A DNA stretch of 64,000 nt from a virus (IMGVR_UViG_3300042261_000588:32001-96000); one strand, 5' to 3'; positions 29,960 through 39,834 are shown, counted from the stretch's first letter. Notes: a model not told the origin generated them from the letters alone. Numbers and translations are program-made.

Positions 29960-30313
29960 ATGATCGAGAAGGGAACAGTGTTGCGTTGTAAGACGCAGAC
30001 GTTTGGAGATACGTTTGGAATTGTTTTGTGGGAGGTCGTTGAGACCGGGCTTCAAGCACCTGAGAAGGGACGTGAGAATCAAAAGGATGGTGTGAAGGTT
30101 GTCATGCTTGGTGGTTCTGGAGCCAATGCAAGGTCGGGAATTACGCTGACGGACTCCGAGGCTCATATTCAGCAGGACATTGATGCTGGTATTACCACCA
30201 TCGTTCCGTCTGACAAGCGAGAGGATATGCTTCTGAGTATCAAAAAGATGGTGAAGAGTGCGGGTGTTGGCAATATGCCCAAGCACTGTGGAGCCGGAGT
30301 CATCGAAATCTAG
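29960..30313 (+). CDS. Hypothetical protein
   Basis: Strong RBS AGGAGG. Confidence 0.65.
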   Translation: MIEKGTVLRCKTQTFGDTFGIVLWEVVETGLQAPEKGRENQKDGVKVVMLGGSGANARSGITLTDSEAHIQQDIDAGITTIVPSDKREDMLLSIKKMVKSAGVGNMPKHCGAGVIEI

Positions 30314-30327
30314 GGGGATCCATCATC

Positions 30328-30861
30328 ATGAGATGTCTTAATTGCGGAAAAGAGTTGTCGACGGGTGATGCTCCGAACAGTGCATTTTGCCGACAATGCC
30401 AAGATATTGGCACTTCGAAGCATTCTATGTCATTTGTAGCCGGGTGTGCAGGATGTGCAAGAGAATACGGTGGAGGGGCGATATGTTCACATTGCACACG
30501 AAATCCGATACACAAAGACATGTGGACCCAGAGATGTCGAGGTTGGATTTCATACGACTTTCACACGACACCACCCAGCGTGACGACTGTCCGCGAATTG
30601 GCATCACCGACTGGTTCGGGCTGCTACGCGCCAGAGCATCACGGACGCTGCTGCTGCAACTGCCGCTACCATCTTCGCGACCACTCGCACCCGCTCACGG
30701 ACGGCGGACGAATCACCGCGCAGCGCGGGTGGTTATGCAGCCCGCCTGAACTCGATGCAGCTTTCAGCGGTTGGTCCGAACATGGAATGTGCGAAATGCA
30801 CGATAGCCCGAATCACGAACGGGGCTGCTCACCCTCGGGCGGCCAAGGAGAAACGCCATGA
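30328..30861 (+). CDS. Cys-rich hypothetical protein, probably a fusion; ends inside attC-like site A
   Basis: Several CxxC pairs; composition turns GC-rich from about 30560. Confidence 0.5.
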   Translation: MRCLNCGKELSTGDAPNSAFCRQCQDIGTSKHSMSFVAGCAGCAREYGGGAICSHCTRNPIHKDMWTQRCRGWISYDFHTTPPSVTTVRELASPTGSGCYAPEHHGRCCCNCRYHLRDHSHPLTDGGRITAQRGWLCSPPELDAAFSGWSEHGMCEMHDSPNHERGCSPSGGQGETP

Positions 30862-30913
30862 CAAAACCGAAACGCCAGCGGGCCTCCCGTAGCGGTGAAG
30901 CGGCTTGTTCGGC
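30814..30913 (+). mobile_element. attC-like site A (100 bp)
   Basis: CACGAAC..gctgctcacc ... ggtgaagcggc..GTTCGGC imperfect palindrome with an extra base; right arm 20/22 identical to site C. Confidence 0.75.
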
Positions 30914-31118
30914 AGATACCATCCGCATGAACTGGTTGGAAACGGTATCGTGCAAAATATACGGTGTCGCGGTTCCGAGTGGCGACATTACCGTTCTGGA
31001 ATGGGATACGGATGGACACACCGAACGCACAGCCGAGGCCGCTACGCTTCGAGACGCGATTGACGCCGCAATGCTGATGCCGAACATGAGGCTTGAGGAA
31101 CGGAGCGCAGCGGAATGA
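30858..31118 (+). CDS. Cassette-borne hypothetical protein
   Basis: Starts inside site A (ATGA overlap), stops inside site B. Confidence 0.65.
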   Translation: MTKPKRQRASRSGEAACSADTIRMNWLETVSCKIYGVAVPSGDITVLEWDTDGHTERTAEAATLRDAIDAAMLMPNMRLEERSAAE

Positions 31119-31145
31119 CGAATAGCCTCGACTCTCTGGTTGGTC
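31079..31145 (+). mobile_element. attC-like site B (67 bp)
   Basis: GCCGAAC..ttgagg ... cctcga..GTTGGTC; central ggagcgcagcgg. Confidence 0.7.
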
Positions 31146-31663
31146 TTTCCGGGTTCCGCACGATTGTGGCTGACCCGCCGTGGCCGATCAAGTGGCAGCG
31201 CAACGCCGGGATCGGGAAGCGAGAACTTGACTACCCGACAATGCCGATAGCAGAAATGTGCCTGCTTCCTGTGCGCGAGTTGGCCGACAAGGACGGTTGC
31301 ACGCTGTTTTTGTGGACGACGAACGCCTTTCTTCAGGAGGGGCTAGGCATCGTGAAGGCGTGGGGGTTCACCTATGAAATGCTCTATACATGGTGCAAGA
31401 ACAACGGCATGGGCGGACATCCACGATGCGCCACAGAACACATGATTATCGCCGTACGAGGAACACCAAAGCGTGGAGACAGACACGACCCCATGACGTT
31501 GAACTGGGGTGTGTTTCCGCTTGGCAAACACAGCGAGAAGCCTGAAGCCGTGCAAGACATGATCGAACGGATTACAGAGGGGCCACGGCTCGAACTGTTC
31601 GCCCGTCGCGTCAGGCCGAACTGGGTTTGCTGGGGTAACGAGGTAGAGGCTAACCATGTATGA
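31115..31663 (+). CDS. MT-A70 family N6-adenine methyltransferase (cassette-borne)
   Basis: ADPPW, Y.TM, LFLWTTN, WGF, W.K, HSEKP, LELFAR, W..WGNE. Confidence 0.93.
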   Translation: MTNSLDSLVGLSGFRTIVADPPWPIKWQRNAGIGKRELDYPTMPIAEMCLLPVRELADKDGCTLFLWTTNAFLQEGLGIVKAWGFTYEMLYTWCKNNGMGGHPRCATEHMIIAVRGTPKRGDRHDPMTLNWGVFPLGKHSEKPEAVQDMIERITEGPRLELFARRVRPNWVCWGNEVEANHV

Positions 31664-31867
31664 CAAACGGGTTTGTCTCCGTGGGCACAAACGAAGTGCA
31701 ACATGCCATGGATAAAGATTCCTATGTCAAGGGTGCCAACGATGCGCTGGACGGAATTATGCTTCTAGACCTTGAGCAACGGTTGCAGGGACGAATCGAA
31801 ATTGGGAAACAATGACCGAGGTTGTTTGTGCGAGATTAAACATTAAACGATCAAAAATAGGAGACGT

Positions 31868-32401
31868 ATGAAAAATCGAATTGTGATTGTAACAGCTATC
31901 ATTATAGTTTATGGCGTATTTGCACAGGAGCCTATCAAGGTTGATCTGTCAGAGATGGTGGGTTCGCCAGCGGCGATGATCGCACCACCAATTACTAACT
32001 TGTTATTGCTTTATCCAGAGGATACAAATACCATTCGTATAGATGCGACAAATTCTATGGTGATGGCAACAAATATTTGGTTTAGTCCTATGGTCGGTTT
32101 TGGATATACCAATAGTTCTTGCACGATTAATAGTCTTTTCACGAATGATTTCTGTTTAGTCCCAATGACCAATCTATGGGCGAGGGATATAGACAATACA
32201 ATCAAAGACATCCGGAGAGAAGGATCGATGCCAGACCTAGTTGAAAAATTAGTGAAGGCTGGAGATGTCTGTGAAGTCATTGGTCATAAGTGGGAGGACG
32301 GATGTGGAATGGAAGGATGTTTTAATTTTCACACGGTTCCTGAGCGCTATTGTGTGATCTGTGGAAAAATTCAGACAAAGGAGGTTTCAGAGTGGAAATG
32401 A
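31868..32401 (+). CDS. Exported hypothetical protein
   Basis: Signal-peptide-like N-terminus; C-terminal C...GHKW...C..CGK motif. Confidence 0.55.
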   Translation: MKNRIVIVTAIIIVYGVFAQEPIKVDLSEMVGSPAAMIAPPITNLLLLYPEDTNTIRIDATNSMVMATNIWFSPMVGFGYTNSSCTINSLFTNDFCLVPMTNLWARDIDNTIKDIRREGSMPDLVEKLVKAGDVCEVIGHKWEDGCGMEGCFNFHTVPERYCVICGKIQTKEVSEWK

Positions 32402-33285
32402 ATCCGTTAGTGACTATTGCGGTTTGCTTTAAGGCTGGAACTAAAGACATTCTCAAGATATTTCTTTCGTCCATATTCTTGTATACTCGAAAGAATTTTA
32501 AAATTGTCGTCATTACGGCGGACAATCAGTCTACTCATGAGGCAAAGGAAGCTATCTCGCCGTCTATCTATGTGGAATGCGTAGAGGTTAAAATCGGAGA
32601 TGTCCCAAAAGCACGGATTCATGGAGCTATGCTGGATTCTTATCTGGCATCAAATCAGGTTACTACGGAATATCTATTGACGATGGATTCAGATTGTTTT
32701 CCGGTTGCAGACGGTTGGCTGGAAGGATTGTTAAAGATGATGGATGATGGGGCAAGAGTTTCAGGGATTCTACATCCTTGGGCACCGCCTCCAACTGACA
32801 TGGATCATCGCAAGATAGAATGGAGGGTGATGTCGCAACATTGCTGGGATAGCACTCATGTTGCCTGTCAGATGATTCGTGTGGCAGACCTTAAAGAACT
32901 GGGCGTCACATACGCAGGCGGCGATGATACGGGTCTGTTGATCCCATTGGAGGCCAAGAAGCGTGGCTGGAAGGTTGATGGGTATAAGGTGACTAGATGT
33001 GCGAAGCCTCTTGATAAATCTGATCCAGAGTCCAATCGTTATGTTTGTTTGATATTCGGCGATAAGGTGTATCATCATGGCGGATTTACCCGTATTGCAA
33101 CAATGGGAGATAAGCCCGTTATGGAAGCAGCATACGAGTGGGTATTGCAATCTTTGATGTTGTGGGGAGAGGCGGGATTTTTACTCAATGAAAATAATTC
33201 GTATAAATTCAAGTTTGATCGTGAAGAGGATGTCGCTCAGGAAAAAACAAGTCGGTTGTTTCATAACGGATTTGCAAAGAAGTGA
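32398..33285 (+). CDS. GT-A fold glycosyltransferase-like protein, paralog 1
   Basis: HG..LD, MDSDCFPVADGWL (DxD), DDT, YHH. Confidence 0.7.
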   Translation: MNPLVTIAVCFKAGTKDILKIFLSSIFLYTRKNFKIVVITADNQSTHEAKEAISPSIYVECVEVKIGDVPKARIHGAMLDSYLASNQVTTEYLLTMDSDCFPVADGWLEGLLKMMDDGARVSGILHPWAPPPTDMDHRKIEWRVMSQHCWDSTHVACQMIRVADLKELGVTYAGGDDTGLLIPLEAKKRGWKVDGYKVTRCAKPLDKSDPESNRYVCLIFGDKVYHHGGFTRIATMGDKPVMEAAYEWVLQSLMLWGEAGFLLNENNSYKFKFDREEDVAQEKTSRLFHNGFAKK

Positions 33286-33470
33286 ATGCTAAATATTATG
33301 AAGACAAGACTTCTGATTGGCTTAGAAGCGTCTTAAAGGCTCTGAGAGAGGGAAGGTATCTTGGCAATTTTAGGACTGAGAAGGATATTCTCAGGGAGTT
33401 GAAGCGAAGGATTCCCGAAGGATGTGTTGATGTTTGGGATAACAGGAGGGTAAAAAATGGATTTAGATAA
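33282..33470 (+). CDS. Small hypothetical protein
   Basis: Overlaps both neighbours. Confidence 0.4.
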   Translation: MNAKYYEDKTSDWLRSVLKALREGRYLGNFRTEKDILRELKRRIPEGCVDVWDNRRVKNGFR

Positions 33471-34389
33471 GTCAGTTACAATCTTGATGGTCTATGCTTC
33501 TGGTATTCAGAAGATGCTTCGAGTTACGTTAGAGGCTTTACTGAGGCACGAAGCAGGAATGCCATATATTTTGCGTATTATCGTGGACAAGAAAGACGGT
33601 GACGCATTAAGAGAGATACGAGAACTTGCCCCCTGTGTCGACATCAGGTCTTATCAAGTGGGAGATTCGAAGAGTGCTAGTGGACAGCATGGACGATTGT
33701 TAGATCGTGCAGTTTTGAATGTAACGACTTCTCATTTTCTAGCTATGGATTCAGATTGTTTCCCAGTTGCGGACGGTTGGTTGAAGAAGTTAATGGATAT
33801 GCAAGGAGACGATGTTGCTGCTTCAGGGATATTATGGCCTTGGATTCCTCCGCCAGATACAGTGGGAAGGAATACTTTTGAATGGAGAATCCGTAAGTAT
33901 CATAATTGGAATAACATTCATCCAGCATGTGAACTTGTTCGCACAAAGTTGATGCTGGATCATGGGTGGATGTTCTCTGATATAGAAGGAGATGATACCA
34001 ATCATGGGTTTATGGAGAAGGCAAGAGCGGCAGGATTAAGGATGGTAGGACTTATGCCAACTAGGGGGCCTTTGTCCGATCACGGTGATTTTGACCCAGA
34101 GCACAATCGCATGGAATCTCTCATTTTTGGAGATATGATTTATCATCATGTTGGTGCGACAAGAGAATGCCGTGGGTATTCCGATGGAAAGGCAGAGCTT
34201 TTTACAAAATCTAGGGAGCGGGTGTATAATGAAGGAGGAGCGGAGTGGATGTTATTGCCTGGAAACTCACATGTTTTCAAACTTGATCGTGAAGAGGAAG
34301 TAGCTCAGGTCAAGATGAATATGGCTTATGAGACGATGAGGATATTTCTGCAAAAAAACGATTGCTTATTTTCGAGAGAATGGGCTTGA
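33457..34389 (+). CDS. GT-A fold glycosyltransferase-like protein, paralog 2
   Basis: Shares MDSDCFPVADGWL, PW.PPP, EWR, DDT, IFGD..YHH and FK.DREE with paralog 1. Confidence 0.7.
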   Translation: MDLDKSVTILMVYASGIQKMLRVTLEALLRHEAGMPYILRIIVDKKDGDALREIRELAPCVDIRSYQVGDSKSASGQHGRLLDRAVLNVTTSHFLAMDSDCFPVADGWLKKLMDMQGDDVAASGILWPWIPPPDTVGRNTFEWRIRKYHNWNNIHPACELVRTKLMLDHGWMFSDIEGDDTNHGFMEKARAAGLRMVGLMPTRGPLSDHGDFDPEHNRMESLIFGDMIYHHVGATRECRGYSDGKAELFTKSRERVYNEGGAEWMLLPGNSHVFKLDREEEVAQVKMNMAYETMRIFLQKNDCLFSREWA

Positions 34390-34481
34390 ATATACCAAGC
34401 TGTGTCTTTGTATGGGATGAAAAGGTTTTGTGCTAAATGAGGCCAAGATGATATGCTTGTATTTGATAAGGGAGGTAGGAT

Positions 34482-35387
34482 ATGAATTTCGAGCTGCCAT
34501 TCAGTGATAAGACGATTCGGGACATGGCCGGGAAGACGATGGTTCTTTCAAACAACGAGCGTGGTCTCTCCACATTCAGTTCGTTTATGAATGTTGCCGT
34601 GAAGAGTGGCGGCGATATTGACAGGGGACATTTCGAGATCGTTGACGGAATCCTAAAGATGATGGACAAGCAGGGTGTTTTCTGCGAATTCAATGGGATT
34701 GAAACTCGTAATGGGGTTGTGTATGCTGTAGGAACAGCGATGCAGACCATATCACCATCTGAACGAGATCGTGTGGTAATGCACGAGAAGACGCTTCTTC
34801 CACAAGACGGGTTTGGAATTTGTGTTTCCTCTTGTACCAAATATTCCGGTAAGACACTGGTCCCTCTTCTTGAGTCTATTCGCAAGGCCAAGTTCGATAT
34901 GAAAAAGGTGGTCGTCGTCGTTGGAGGGTATAACGGAGAAAAAACGGAAGAGATCGAGGGAGCAAAGGTTGTCTATCAACAGGGAAATAGCTTAGGGTTT
35001 AGCGGACTTCTAGCCACAACAGGTGACTTCCGTTATTGGTTGATGCTGCCTGATACCTGTGAGGTAGAGAGGTCGTTCATCGAGTCTATTGGAGACATTG
35101 ATGTTGGCTTGTGTCCTGATCTGATTCGTCTTCATAGAGGAAATGAAAGCGGTATTGGGTTCTATCGAACAGGTTTCATAGATCGGATTCGGACTCAGAT
35201 GACTGAAAATCCAGAAACTATCGATCATATTATTAGATTGTCTGCCGGAATCATAATGAATTCTACTGGTCCCGTTATGGAGATGGGAGTCAAAGATGTT
35301 TACGGGACTGGCAATCGTCGTGTCGTTGAAAAACTATCCGTAGGTATTCGCAAGTTTAAATCAACTACAGGAAGGCGAATACCGTAA
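34482..35387 (+). CDS. Hypothetical protein with probable degenerate GT-like C-terminal domain
   Basis: PLLESI...VVVVVGG...W..LPDT...DVYGTG..R; sits in the GT cluster. Confidence 0.45.
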   Translation: MNFELPFSDKTIRDMAGKTMVLSNNERGLSTFSSFMNVAVKSGGDIDRGHFEIVDGILKMMDKQGVFCEFNGIETRNGVVYAVGTAMQTISPSERDRVVMHEKTLLPQDGFGICVSSCTKYSGKTLVPLLESIRKAKFDMKKVVVVVGGYNGEKTEEIEGAKVVYQQGNSLGFSGLLATTGDFRYWLMLPDTCEVERSFIESIGDIDVGLCPDLIRLHRGNESGIGFYRTGFIDRIRTQMTENPETIDHIIRLSAGIIMNSTGPVMEMGVKDVYGTGNRRVVEKLSVGIRKFKSTTGRRIP

Positions 35388-35396
35388 GGAGCAATT

Positions 35397-36623
35397 ATGT
35401 CCGGTCTGCCTGTGGTTTGCCTATTCGGGAAACAGGGAATTAAGCTGGTATCGCCTCCTGCACCTCCATTTGAAACAAGAGAGATGGATGTCAGGTGCTA
35501 TCTCGATGATACCAATCTGAATGTCATTCTTGCCAAGGATCGTCCTTCGGCTATCGTGTCTTTTGGGGATGTTCAAAGATATAAACATCTTCTTGGGTCG
35601 CCAGAATTTGTTCTCAGAATGTGGTTTCACTTTGAAGACGATAAAAACTTGAATGATATTGGGAGCAAGGTCTTTAGCGGTTTCTTCTTTAATGCGACAA
35701 AGGCTGTGTGCGATAAACCTCTCGTTTCTGTTTTCACACCGGCTTTCAAGACAGGAGATAAGATAGAAAAACCTTTCCGGTCGTTGTTGGCTCAAACGCA
35801 CTTGGAGTGGGAATGGGTCATCGTTGATGATTCGGATGACAACGGGGAAACATTCAAGCGTCTATCTGATCTTGCCGAGCAGGACAATCGAATCAGAGTG
35901 TATCGTGAGAGCAGGCATTCAGGAAGGATCGGAACAGTCAAGAGGTCTGCCTGCGGACTTGCTAGAGGCAAGTATCTTGTCGAGTTGGACCATGACGATG
36001 AGTTGACTCCTAATGCTCTAAAATGGGTTGCGGAAGCTTTCGATGCTCATCCTGAAGCTGGATTTGTATATACGGATTTTGCAGAATGTTTTGAGGATGG
36101 TACGCCGTGGACGTATGGTCATGGGTGGGGATTGGGATATGGGTCGTATAGGGAGGAGACACATGGTGGTATTAAGTATATGGTCGTCAACTCTCCGAAT
36201 ATAAACGCCAAGACGATCAGACATATCGTGGCGGCTCCTAATCATATACGGGCTTGGAGAAAGACGGTTTATGATGCAATTGGTGGACATCGTGATCTCA
36301 TGCACGTCGCAGATGATTATGAATTGATGGTGAGGACGTTTTTAAATACGAGAATGATCCGAATACCCAAAATGGGATATGTTCAATATAGGAATATGGA
36401 TGGGAGCGGGAATACTCATCAGGCTAGGAATAAGGAGATTCAGCGATTGGTTCGGTATATCTCGGTGAGCAATGATCTGGAGATTCACAATAGACTGCTG
36501 GAGCTTGGAGTGGACGATCCGATTTTTAGCAAGGATGATTCTCCGTCTTTTTACAGATTGCGCAAAATTCCAAATCCTCTCGTAGAGTCTCACTGCACGA
36601 TCACTTACGAGCCAAAGACATGA
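35397..36623 (+). CDS. Glycosyltransferase family 2
   Basis: VSVFTP, QT..EWEWVIVDDS, ARGKY...LDHDD, DDYEL. Confidence 0.9.
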   Translation: MSGLPVVCLFGKQGIKLVSPPAPPFETREMDVRCYLDDTNLNVILAKDRPSAIVSFGDVQRYKHLLGSPEFVLRMWFHFEDDKNLNDIGSKVFSGFFFNATKAVCDKPLVSVFTPAFKTGDKIEKPFRSLLAQTHLEWEWVIVDDSDDNGETFKRLSDLAEQDNRIRVYRESRHSGRIGTVKRSACGLARGKYLVELDHDDELTPNALKWVAEAFDAHPEAGFVYTDFAECFEDGTPWTYGHGWGLGYGSYREETHGGIKYMVVNSPNINAKTIRHIVAAPNHIRAWRKTVYDAIGGHRDLMHVADDYELMVRTFLNTRMIRIPKMGYVQYRNMDGSGNTHQARNKEIQRLVRYISVSNDLEIHNRLLELGVDDPIFSKDDSPSFYRLRKIPNPLVESHCTITYEPKT

Positions 36624-36925
36624 GTTTAGAAGCTAAAAGATGTGCTGCTAGGTCCGGCAAGATGATCTGTCCTCTTTGTGACAAACAGGGCCTTCTAGTG
36701 GAACATCATCTTCACGGTAGAGACATTCCAGGAAGTCAAATGGCATGGAATAGGTGCTACATTTGTGCATCATGTCATGACGAGGTTCATAAAGGAATGA
36801 TAGTAATAGAGAAATGGGCTCAGACCTCCGAAGGTAAAAAACTTATGTTTAGAAGGGCAGGAGAGGAAGCCATCGTGGATGAGGGTGCGAAACCTCACTT
36901 ATATGGTAAAACCGTGAAAAACTGA
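36620..36925 (+). CDS. HNH endonuclease-like protein
   Basis: CPLC...HH...N...CASCH..VH. Confidence 0.7.
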   Translation: MSLEAKRCAARSGKMICPLCDKQGLLVEHHLHGRDIPGSQMAWNRCYICASCHDEVHKGMIVIEKWAQTSEGKKLMFRRAGEEAIVDEGAKPHLYGKTVKN

Positions 36926-36930
36926 AAAAA

Positions 36931-36965
36931 TTTTTCCTTATTCTGACCGAATTTCGGTAATGTAT
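36931..36965 (+). promoter_or_regulatory. Repeated promoter motif, copy 1 (TATTC-N14-TAATGT)
   Basis: 35 bp identical to 37563-37597. Confidence 0.8.
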
Positions 36966-36987
36966 AGATATGAAAGGGGACATCAAC

Positions 36988-37503
36988 ATGTCTTACGAAG
37001 TCAGGAACGTGAAGACCTTCATGGGTATGGATTCCCACGGATACAATGCGACTCTGTACCGTGATGGGGTAAAAGTCGCCTTTGTCATCGAGGATGGCAA
37101 TGGTGGCGAGTCTGAAATCCAGTGGTTCGACCATCAGGCTCCCAAGGTGGAAGTCCAGTGGACGGACTATACGGGTAAGCCTTTGTCAATCCGCTGCACT
37201 CCCGAAGAGGCGAAACTCTACGAGTTCATTCGCGGGAAGACGTGGGATTCCGAGGTGTCCGGCAAGTTTCAGATGAACATCGGGATGTTTGTTTCGGAGC
37301 TGGTGGATGAGTTCGAGAACGCCAAGCGGTTCAAGCGTATCTGCAAGGACAAGACCCTGTTCCGTATCAAGGGCGACAAGGCTGACGTGTGGAGAACCAT
37401 CAAGGCGGCGTTCAGCAAGCGAGTCAAGGACTTCATCGTGGGCAAGTACGGCGACCAAGTGGATGAGATTCTGAACGAGAAACTTGGGCAAGTGGCGGCT
37501 TAA
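36988..37503 (+). CDS. Hypothetical early-type protein
   Basis: Follows promoter copy 1; C-ending codon bias. Confidence 0.7.
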   Translation: MSYEVRNVKTFMGMDSHGYNATLYRDGVKVAFVIEDGNGGESEIQWFDHQAPKVEVQWTDYTGKPLSIRCTPEEAKLYEFIRGKTWDSEVSGKFQMNIGMFVSELVDEFENAKRFKRICKDKTLFRIKGDKADVWRTIKAAFSKRVKDFIVGKYGDQVDEILNEKLGQVAA

Positions 37504-37526
37504 GAGAGGAAACTGGCGAGTCTCTT

Positions 37527-37568
37527 GAAAAAAGAGGGCCATTTCTTTCAAAACGACCCTCTTTTTTC
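37527..37568. terminator. Probable bidirectional intrinsic terminator
   Basis: 12-bp inverted repeat gaaaaaagaggg/ccctcttttttc with A and T tracts. Confidence 0.6.
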
Positions 37569-37597
37569 CTTATTCTGACCGAATTTCGGTAATGTAT
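37563..37597 (+). promoter_or_regulatory. Repeated promoter motif, copy 2
   Basis: Identical to copy 1. Confidence 0.8.
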
Positions 37598-37610
37598 GGG
37601 TGGAGGACAG

Positions 37611-38426
37611 ATGAGAACACTTATTGAGAAGCAGGCTGACGGCTATACAGTCACAGAGGACGACGGGAGACTCGAGATTACCGTACCGTCTGGAAAAAAG
37701 TACATTTGTCATGGCTCGCATTTTCATACATGGGACAAGCTCGACGAGCCGACTCGCTCCATATGGGCTGGGAAACTCCCAGAGGAGAAGAGAACCGGGC
37801 TTTTTGCTAGTCCGTATCCACAAGTCCTTTACCGGATAAGACCGATCGGCGATGCCGTCGAGCAGGTCCTTGAAATCGTTGATAAAACCAATAAAGAACG
37901 CGAGAAAATGGCCGCCGAGCGGCTCGCGGCTCGTAATGCCGCAGAGGCTCCTTTGCTTGCGATTGTGAAAGAGCGTGAGAACGAACTTCTTCAAAAGATG
38001 CCTGCTGATGCCATCCGTTGTGATGTGCAAATGAAAAGCGATGGCGATGGAGGTAGTTACCCAATATTCTCGATCAAAAATATTGAAATTAAGTTTCCGA
38101 AAATCGTTGGGTGGGCTTCGGCTCCAAGAACGACTGTCGGAGTCAATTCGGTTTGTGTGGCATATATCACCAAGGCTGAATTCGATGCGATTCAGGAAGG
38201 ACTTGCTCTAAAAGCGAAGAAGGACATGGAAGCGAAACAGGCCGAGCAAGACCGGATAGCTGCGATTTTCGCAAAGGCACGGGAAACAGGACAGCGGCAG
38301 GTGATGGACAGTTGGGTAACGGATCGGTGTATGAACCGGAATGAAGACGACTGCAGTTTTGATACTGCGTATCAATGGGCGATGCCAGATGGAACGACTC
38401 GTGTCACTTACACCTGTTGTTATTAA
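37611..38426 (+). CDS. Hypothetical early-type protein
   Basis: RBS GGAGG; follows promoter copy 2. Confidence 0.7.
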   Translation: MRTLIEKQADGYTVTEDDGRLEITVPSGKKYICHGSHFHTWDKLDEPTRSIWAGKLPEEKRTGLFASPYPQVLYRIRPIGDAVEQVLEIVDKTNKEREKMAAERLAARNAAEAPLLAIVKERENELLQKMPADAIRCDVQMKSDGDGGSYPIFSIKNIEIKFPKIVGWASAPRTTVGVNSVCVAYITKAEFDAIQEGLALKAKKDMEAKQAEQDRIAAIFAKARETGQRQVMDSWVTDRCMNRNEDDCSFDTAYQWAMPDGTTRVTYTCCY

Positions 38427-38487
38427 ATCGGGCTGAGGGTCCGGCTCGAAAGTGCCTGCTGTGAATGCCATGCTAAGATTTTTATCT

Positions 38488-38512
38488 TATTCCGGGCTGG
38501 TTTCGGTAATGT
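38488..38512 (+). promoter_or_regulatory. Repeated promoter motif, copy 3
   Basis: tattccgggctggtttcggtaatgt, 6 nt before ATG 38519. Confidence 0.78.
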
Positions 38513-38518
38513 ATAGGC

Positions 38519-39097
38519 ATGAATGGTTACGAAAACGCCCCTGCCACGAAGATGTTAGCGACCTCGTGTTTGATTTGTGGTCGTCCTTTGGTTGATGCGG
38601 TATCGGTGTCTCTGTCGGTTGGTCCCGAATGCCGAAAGGAATATGACGGCGGGATTTCAGAGGAAGTCCGTATCAAGGCCAACAAGATCGTCTATGATGC
38701 GGCTCTGGCGGCTGGCATCGGTCGGATAGCCGAAGTTCTGAATGCGGCGGACAAGATCGAAGCTCTAGGGTTGTCGGTTCTGGCAAACAAGATGCGTCGG
38801 CGGTTCAAGAATGCCGAGAGGCTGGCGGAGATCGAGATTGAGGAAGTCGGTGGGGCTTATCGGGTGGTGACTCCCTATCGCCGCAAGGACTCCAAGGCGT
38901 TTATCAAGGCATGGCGAACAGTCCCTGGTCGTCGGTGGGAGAATGGGGCTAACGTGGTGCCAGTGGCTTCCAAGAAGGCTCTGTGGTCGGTTCTTAAGCA
39001 GTTCTTCGGCGGCAAGTATGCGAAGGGACCGAAGGGCGTGTTTCGGATACCGGAGGAGGCTCCTGCTATGGTTCAGGAACAGTTGAGTTTGGCTTGA
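38519..39097 (+). CDS. DUF6011-like zinc-finger protein
   Basis: C..CGRPL.D..S....GPEC. Confidence 0.65.
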   Translation: MNGYENAPATKMLATSCLICGRPLVDAVSVSLSVGPECRKEYDGGISEEVRIKANKIVYDAALAAGIGRIAEVLNAADKIEALGLSVLANKMRRRFKNAERLAEIEIEEVGGAYRVVTPYRRKDSKAFIKAWRTVPGRRWENGANVVPVASKKALWSVLKQFFGGKYAKGPKGVFRIPEEAPAMVQEQLSLA

Positions 39098-39108
39098 AGG
39101 AGATAGCA

Positions 39109-39426
39109 ATGAGTCAGAAAACCAGGTTTGAAGGACCTATCAAAATCGAAGGACCTTTTGAGGATTGCTCGATTCCTTTTGGATTCGGGACGACTACTCT
39201 ATATCGAGAGACTTGGTTCGTCACTCGACCACTGCCGCTGAAAGAGCGTAAAACTCCTTGTCAGAAGATCACTGGGTCCAAGGGGCTTGGCAGCATTGTT
39301 CGGTTTAAAAATAATCCTAAACGATTCGTTGTCAACGATCTTCATCCCTGCAAGGCGTTTGATTCTCTGATGAAGGCGGTAGATTTCCTCGTGAAGAACG
39401 ATGGTAAGATTGTGTTCTGTTCGTAA
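39109..39426 (+). CDS. Hypothetical protein
   Basis: RBS AAGGAG. Confidence 0.55.
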   Translation: MSQKTRFEGPIKIEGPFEDCSIPFGFGTTTLYRETWFVTRPLPLKERKTPCQKITGSKGLGSIVRFKNNPKRFVVNDLHPCKAFDSLMKAVDFLVKNDGKIVFCS

Positions 39427-39440
39427 AAAGGAATGAGAGT

Positions 39441-39806
39441 ATGAAGTTTCTAGTCACAAAGACCTGTAAGGGCGTATTTGACACCGAATTCGAGCGACAG
39501 AGGATCAAGAGGGCGTTCAAGGATAAGCCGGAAATTCAAAAGCGCCTCACGCTGCTCATGGATGCCATTGAGGCTGGCGAGTGGAAGAAAGCTTATCGGA
39601 TGCTCGAAGGCAAGTGGTGGGGAAGTTATGATAAAAAGTATGGATGTCCCCGTAAGGAATTTATCGGTAGCCCGGATTTGAAAAACCCCCAATGGCAAGG
39701 ACAACCGGCAAATGGATTTGACCCTTGGCATGGGTATGCCAGCTTGGTGTATAGGATGTCACATCAGGTAAAGGGCGGCGTCAAGTATGTGGTTGAGAAG
39801 ATTTAG
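39441..39806 (+). CDS. Hypothetical protein
   Basis: ORF in operon. Confidence 0.55.
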   Translation: MKFLVTKTCKGVFDTEFERQRIKRAFKDKPEIQKRLTLLMDAIEAGEWKKAYRMLEGKWWGSYDKKYGCPRKEFIGSPDLKNPQWQGQPANGFDPWHGYASLVYRMSHQVKGGVKYVVEKI

Positions 39807-39809
39807 TCA

Positions 39810-39834
39810 TATTCTGGCTGACTTTCGGTAATGT
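39810..39834 (+). promoter_or_regulatory. Repeated promoter motif, copy 4
   Basis: tattctggctgactttcggtaatgt. Confidence 0.78.
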
